64,000 bases of DNA from contig JAFATB010000011.1 in the NCBI GenBank assembly GCA_019244185.1, forward strand, positions 64,504-128,503, read 5' to 3'. The position numbers and the translations under genes are program-made. The stretch's first letter is position 1. Every line of letters begins with the position of its first letter. Source of the DNA: Acidobacteriota bacterium. Its GTDB lineage: Bacteria > Acidobacteriota > Thermoanaerobaculia > Gp7-AA8. Positions 60,806 through 64,000 of the stretch are shown one piece after another. The notes beneath the pieces were generated by a model. It was not told where the DNA came from and made no database searches. It was given only the letters and a program-made list of their open reading frames with translations.

Positions 60806-61455
60806 TGCGGAGAACACTGCTGCTCCTCCTCGCGCTGTTCGTCGCGTTCGTGGCGTTCGCGCAGAAGAGCGAGCCGAACGACGTCGCGCACGGTGCCGAA
60901 AAAGCGGCGCACGAGCAGGCGCATCCGACCGAGGATCACGAAGGCGGTGCGGGTGAAGCGCCGAAGACGTACTTCGGTATCCCGGCGTGGATCCTCAAGC
61001 TCGCGAACATGCTGCTCTTTCTCGGCGTGCTGGGCTATCTCCTCGGCGGGCCGGTGAAGAAGGCATTCAACGAGCGCAGCGAAGCAATTCGCCGCGCGGC
61101 GGACGAGGCGCGCGAGCGCCGCACGAAAGCCGATCAGATGGCGGGCGAGATTCAGGCGCGCCTCACCGCGATCGAGCAGGAAGTGCGCACGATCCACGAG
61201 CGCGCGCAGGCGGAAGGCGAGCGGCAGAAGCGCGAGCTCGTCGCCGCGGCCGAAGACGAAGCGCAGAAGATCCTCACCGCGGCGCGGAACGAAGTCGACA
61301 ATCGCCTCAAGCACGCGCGGCACGAGCTCACCGAATATGCGGGGCAGCTCGCGACCGAGCGCGCCGAGGCCATTCTGCGGAGCGAGATGACGGAGAACGA
61401 CCAGCGCCGGCTGTTCCAAGAGAGCCTGCGCGAGGTGGGTGAGGTGCGGTCATGA
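60805..61455 (+). CDS. atpF: ATP synthase F0 subunit b with N-terminal extension
   Basis: KLANMLLFLGVL, FNERSEAI, coiled coil, upstream of delta. Confidence 0.9.
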   Translation: MRRTLLLLLALFVAFVAFAQKSEPNDVAHGAEKAAHEQAHPTEDHEGGAGEAPKTYFGIPAWILKLANMLLFLGVLGYLLGGPVKKAFNERSEAIRRAADEARERRTKADQMAGEIQARLTAIEQEVRTIHERAQAEGERQKRELVAAAEDEAQKILTAARNEVDNRLKHARHELTEYAGQLATERAEAILRSEMTENDQRRLFQESLREVGEVRS

Positions 61456-61988
61456 TGATCCGCCGCTTTGCACGTCCGTACGCGCGCGCGATCGTCGACG
61501 CGGCCGGTTCGGCCGCGAAGGCGAACGAGGTCCGCGGCGAATTGATGCGCTTCGCGAAGGCGCTCGAGACCTCGTCGGATCTGCGCGAGTTCTACGCGAA
61601 TCCCGGCATCGAGCTGGACGCGAAGCTCGCGGTGACGAAGCAGCTCGCGAGCAAGATGAAACTTTCCGACCTCGCGGCGAAGTCGCTCGAGGTGTTCGTG
61701 CGCTTCCACCGCATCAACGGCGTCGGCGCGATCGTCGCGGCGCTCGCCGAATACGTGAATCGCGACCTTGGCATCGCCGTCGCCGAGGTGCGCAGTGCGA
61801 AGAGCCTGTCGCCGGAGGAGCTCGAGCAGCTCGCCGACACGCTGAGCAAGCGCACCGGCAAGCGCGTGGAGCTCGACGTGAAAACGGATCCCTCGCTGCT
61901 GGGCGGCTTCGTCGCGCAGATCGGCAGCGAGATCTGGGATGCGTCGGTGGCCGGCAAAATCAACAAATTCCGCGAGACGTTAGCGTAG
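61452..61988 (+). CDS. atpH: ATP synthase F1 subunit delta
   Basis: ARPYARA, VRSA..L, DPSLLGG...DASV. Confidence 0.96.
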   Translation: MMIRRFARPYARAIVDAAGSAAKANEVRGELMRFAKALETSSDLREFYANPGIELDAKLAVTKQLASKMKLSDLAAKSLEVFVRFHRINGVGAIVAALAEYVNRDLGIAVAEVRSAKSLSPEELEQLADTLSKRTGKRVELDVKTDPSLLGGFVAQIGSEIWDASVAGKINKFRETLA

Positions 61989-62019
61989 CTGGTTGTCGCA
62001 AGCCATTACGGGAGACTTT

Positions 62020-63531
<1,512 letters not shown>

Positions 63532-63534
<3 letters not shown>

Positions 63535-63706
63535 TGATTAGTGATGAGTGGTTAGTGGTTAGTGAATGGTGTTGCAGAATGACATACTCGCCAGCTCCAT
63601 GCGAGCCGGGTCACCGAAGGTCTGCTGCGCAGCATCGCAAGCACGACCCGCCGACCAAACGCAATCCGGTTCGCCCACGGATCACTAATCACTGATCACT
63701 CATCAC
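63532..63706. repeat. Two heptamer tandem arrays in inverted orientation in the atpA-atpG spacer
   Basis: TAGTGAT TAGTGAT GAGTGGT TAGTGGT TAGTGAA (63532-63566) and ATCACTA ATCACTG ATCACTC ATCAC (63681-63706). Confidence 0.85.
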
Positions 63707-63724
63707 GTTGAACGGAGTGAGCCA

Positions 63725-64000
63725 ATGGCGAATAATGCACGTGTAATTCGGCGGCGAATCAGGGCCACGAAGAGCTTGGCCCAGATTACGCGCGCCATGC
63801 AGCAGGTGGCGACCGCGCGCCTGCGTCGCGCGCAGGTACGGGTGTCCGACGCGCGTCCTTACGCCGAAGCGATTCGCGACGTGCTCGCCGGGCTCTCCAC
63901 ACAGCAAGGCGGGGATATCGCGCATCCTTTGCTGGTCCAGCGCCCGGTCGGCCATGTAGGCATCATCGAGGTGGCGCCTGATCGGGGGCTGGTCGGAAGT
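63725..64000 (+). CDS. atpG: ATP synthase F1 subunit gamma, 3'-truncated by the window edge
   Basis: Manual translation MANNARVIRRRIRATKSLAQITRAMQQVATARLRRAQ...ARPYAE...HPLL...PDRGLVG; GGAG RBS. Confidence 0.95.
   Translation, partial: MANNARVIRRRIRATKSLAQITRAMQQVATARLRRAQVRVSDARPYAEAIRDVLAGLSTQQGGDIAHPLLVQRPVGHVGIIEVAPDRGLVGS

Overview
High-GC bacterial chromosome segment that contains the replication origin. Gene order (mglBA after recR, DUF507 next to gyrA, F0 b'/b-delta-alpha with no atpB/atpE) and protein style suggest an Acidobacteriota-type genome; this is inference. 1-10.4 kb is the 3' end of an NRPS cluster: a Gly-type C-A-T module, a terminal C-A-T-reductase, an MFS exporter, a GRxGxVCPF (DUF6875-like) protein and a kynurenine 3-monooxygenase-like flavoprotein. 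10.4-15.5 kb is a minus-strand block of ECF sigma, zinc-finger membrane anti-sigma, an unknown beta-rich protein and an exported TPR-CHAT protease with an intact His/Cys dyad; this is the best candidate for an undescribed system. The rest is mostly housekeeping: tRNA-Arg/tadA/2x tRNA-Ser/SRP RNA/dnaX-ybaB-recR-mglBA, UdgX, recA, hslVU, ABC efflux, tRNA-Asn, rne/rng, gyrAB-recF-dnaN-oriC-dnaA, rpmH-rnpA-yidD-yidC-jag-mnmE-mnmG-rsmG-parAB with two parS sites, a bactofilin and the atp genes. Oddities are a convergent hicA-like/hicB pair, a ~60-bp dispersed intergenic repeat, a 23-bp gene-end duplication with synonymous differences, AT-rich patches inside core genes, and an apparent lineage switch (possible chimera) inside atpA near 63.05 kb. 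No CRISPR array, rRNA or transposase was seen. All family calls come from motif recognition by eye; no searches were run.
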